Program-made: the position numbers and the translations under genes | NCBI GenBank assembly: GCA_012295275.1 | Contig: CM022674.1 | Span: 11,160,001-11,224,000 of the forward strand | DNA from: Chrysomallon squamiferum | Taxonomy: Eukaryota; Animalia; Mollusca | Length of the DNA stretch: 64,000 nucleotides | Direction of reading: 5' to 3' | Notes under the pieces: model-generated | What the model saw: the letters and a program-made list of their open reading frames with translations, nothing else | The model's database searches: none | What the model was told of the DNA's origin: nothing | Shown here: one piece after another, positions 62,629-64,000 of the stretch | How the letters are laid out: each line of letters begins with the position of its first letter | How positions within the stretch are numbered: the first letter of the stretch is position 1

Positions 62629-63964
62629 TCATGGACAGAGCCCGCAGGAGAATGGACAGAACTGCGGTCCCCAGTTGGCGTACTTGGAACATGCTGCTTT
62701 AAACACTGGACTTGTGCACGAACTTGAGTCAGTGTTTGTAGCTGGACAAATCTCTAGAAGAAAATGAAAATATTTATTTTTGTTTTCCTCCTTTCTTCAT
62801 TCTGTCATTCTAGTTTATTTTATTTTTTAAATCCTTTACATTTTTTTCTTCTTATCATTCTCTTCTTTTTCAGTTGTCTTTCTTTTTTTAATTATTATTT
62901 CTTTTGTTTTCCTTCTGTCTAAACTAATTAGCAGCAAGTACATTCTAAATGCACCTACCCACAATAGAAAAGTAAATACACGGTTTTTAATAAAAGACCT
63001 AGAATAACGATGTATAGTAAAACACATACTTACCTTTTACACGTGGAAGTATACATACACTCAGAATATGCAAATTCAGATTAACAACGATAGTATGATA
63101 AATGTTTTAAAATATAATGAAAAATGAGAGATACAGTGAACGAGTGATAAAGAAAAAGGGAAACAAAAGATGCATGAGAGATGTATAAATAAGTAAGTAA
63201 ATAAATAAAATTTAGTTCATTCTGAGAAATGCCACGTCTTCACATTATATAAATAAAAATCAAGACGTACTTTTTTCACACTGGTCTCCCTTGTACAGGT
63301 TATAACATTTACAAGAACAAGTCCTGATGTCAAACGTTCCTCCATTCAGACAGACCATTCCTTTACAGTCTATAAAAAAAGTATAATACTTCAGAAATAT
63401 TTCCTGTTAAATAACAAATGTCCTTCAAAAAACAACAACAAAAAACCTCTACCAAACCCCACTGAAAAACCCCAACGATTAAACAAACTATTAAAAAAGG
63501 AAGACGAAGAAAACTTAAAATGAAATTTAAATATAATTAGAAAATTATGGATTAGAATTAAATAATATTCAGATAGATATATCGTATATAAAACGAAAGT
63601 TTGCGTTATTCATTCGACTATTTTAAACACATTTTAATCCACTGAATATTCAAGCAGGTAATCCAGATGCATGAGTTATTTGCCCATAACTCTGAAACTG
63701 TTGTTAGATTAGTGAAAAGACAGAGTATATTGGTCTTACATTTTTAATAATTAACTGTCCGTAGAAACCGTTTTCAGGATTCGATCCCAGTTACACTGAT
63801 CAGATAAACAGCGTCCCACCAAGGCTGTTAAAAATCATTATTTAACAGTAAAACAAAAAGAAGACTGTGTCTGATGCTCACCACACAAGTTTCCTATCCG
63901 TCTCTGACACGTGCTGCAGCCTGACCCATAACAGTATGGCTTCATCTTCTGTGTAGATGTCTGA
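62629..63964 (-). CDS. Cysteine-rich secretory protein-like 3' end (CRISP hinge + EGF + ShKT), partial
   Basis: Exon 63882-63964 (KPYCYGSGCSTCQRRIGNLC), exon 63271-63369 (DCKGMVCLNGGTFDIRTCSCKCYNLYKGDQCEK, EGF-like, phase 1-1) and exon 62629-62753 (ICPATNTDSSSC..AACSKYANWGPQFCPFSCGLCP*, ShKT). Not in the ORF track; the 5' part lies beyond the window. Confidence 0.85.
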
Positions 63965-64000
63965 CTGCAAAGTCGAAATTTTAACACTCGGTTTAGTCTG

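Overview
AT-rich, microsatellite-laden animal genomic DNA with GT-AG introns. The SINE remnants and gene content suggest a mollusc, possibly a gastropod; this is an inference. Most ORFs in the supplied track are simple-repeat artefacts. Six genes were reconstructed by hand from splice sites. (1) 1-38.97 kb, minus strand: 5' part of a PLEKHG5-like RhoGEF gene absent as such from the ORF track, with one shared 59-nt exon (..CQNPNCTTNRRAVR) and several candidate alternative ATG exons that all end in phase-1 donors. Its introns carry dense two-strand clusters of CAGGT(A/G). (2) Plus strand: 3-coding-exon DUF1647-like glycosyltransferase-fold membrane protein. (3) Minus strand: intact 9-coding-exon GAPDH. 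(4) Minus strand: 8-exon D2HGDH carrying four single-base indels, probably consensus errors. (5) Plus strand: 4-exon DCPS, head-to-head with D2HGDH. (6) Minus strand: 3' end of a CRISP-hinge/EGF/ShKT protein. No prokaryotic features, CRISPR arrays, rRNA or intact tRNA were seen. Family assignments come from recalled motifs, not database searches.
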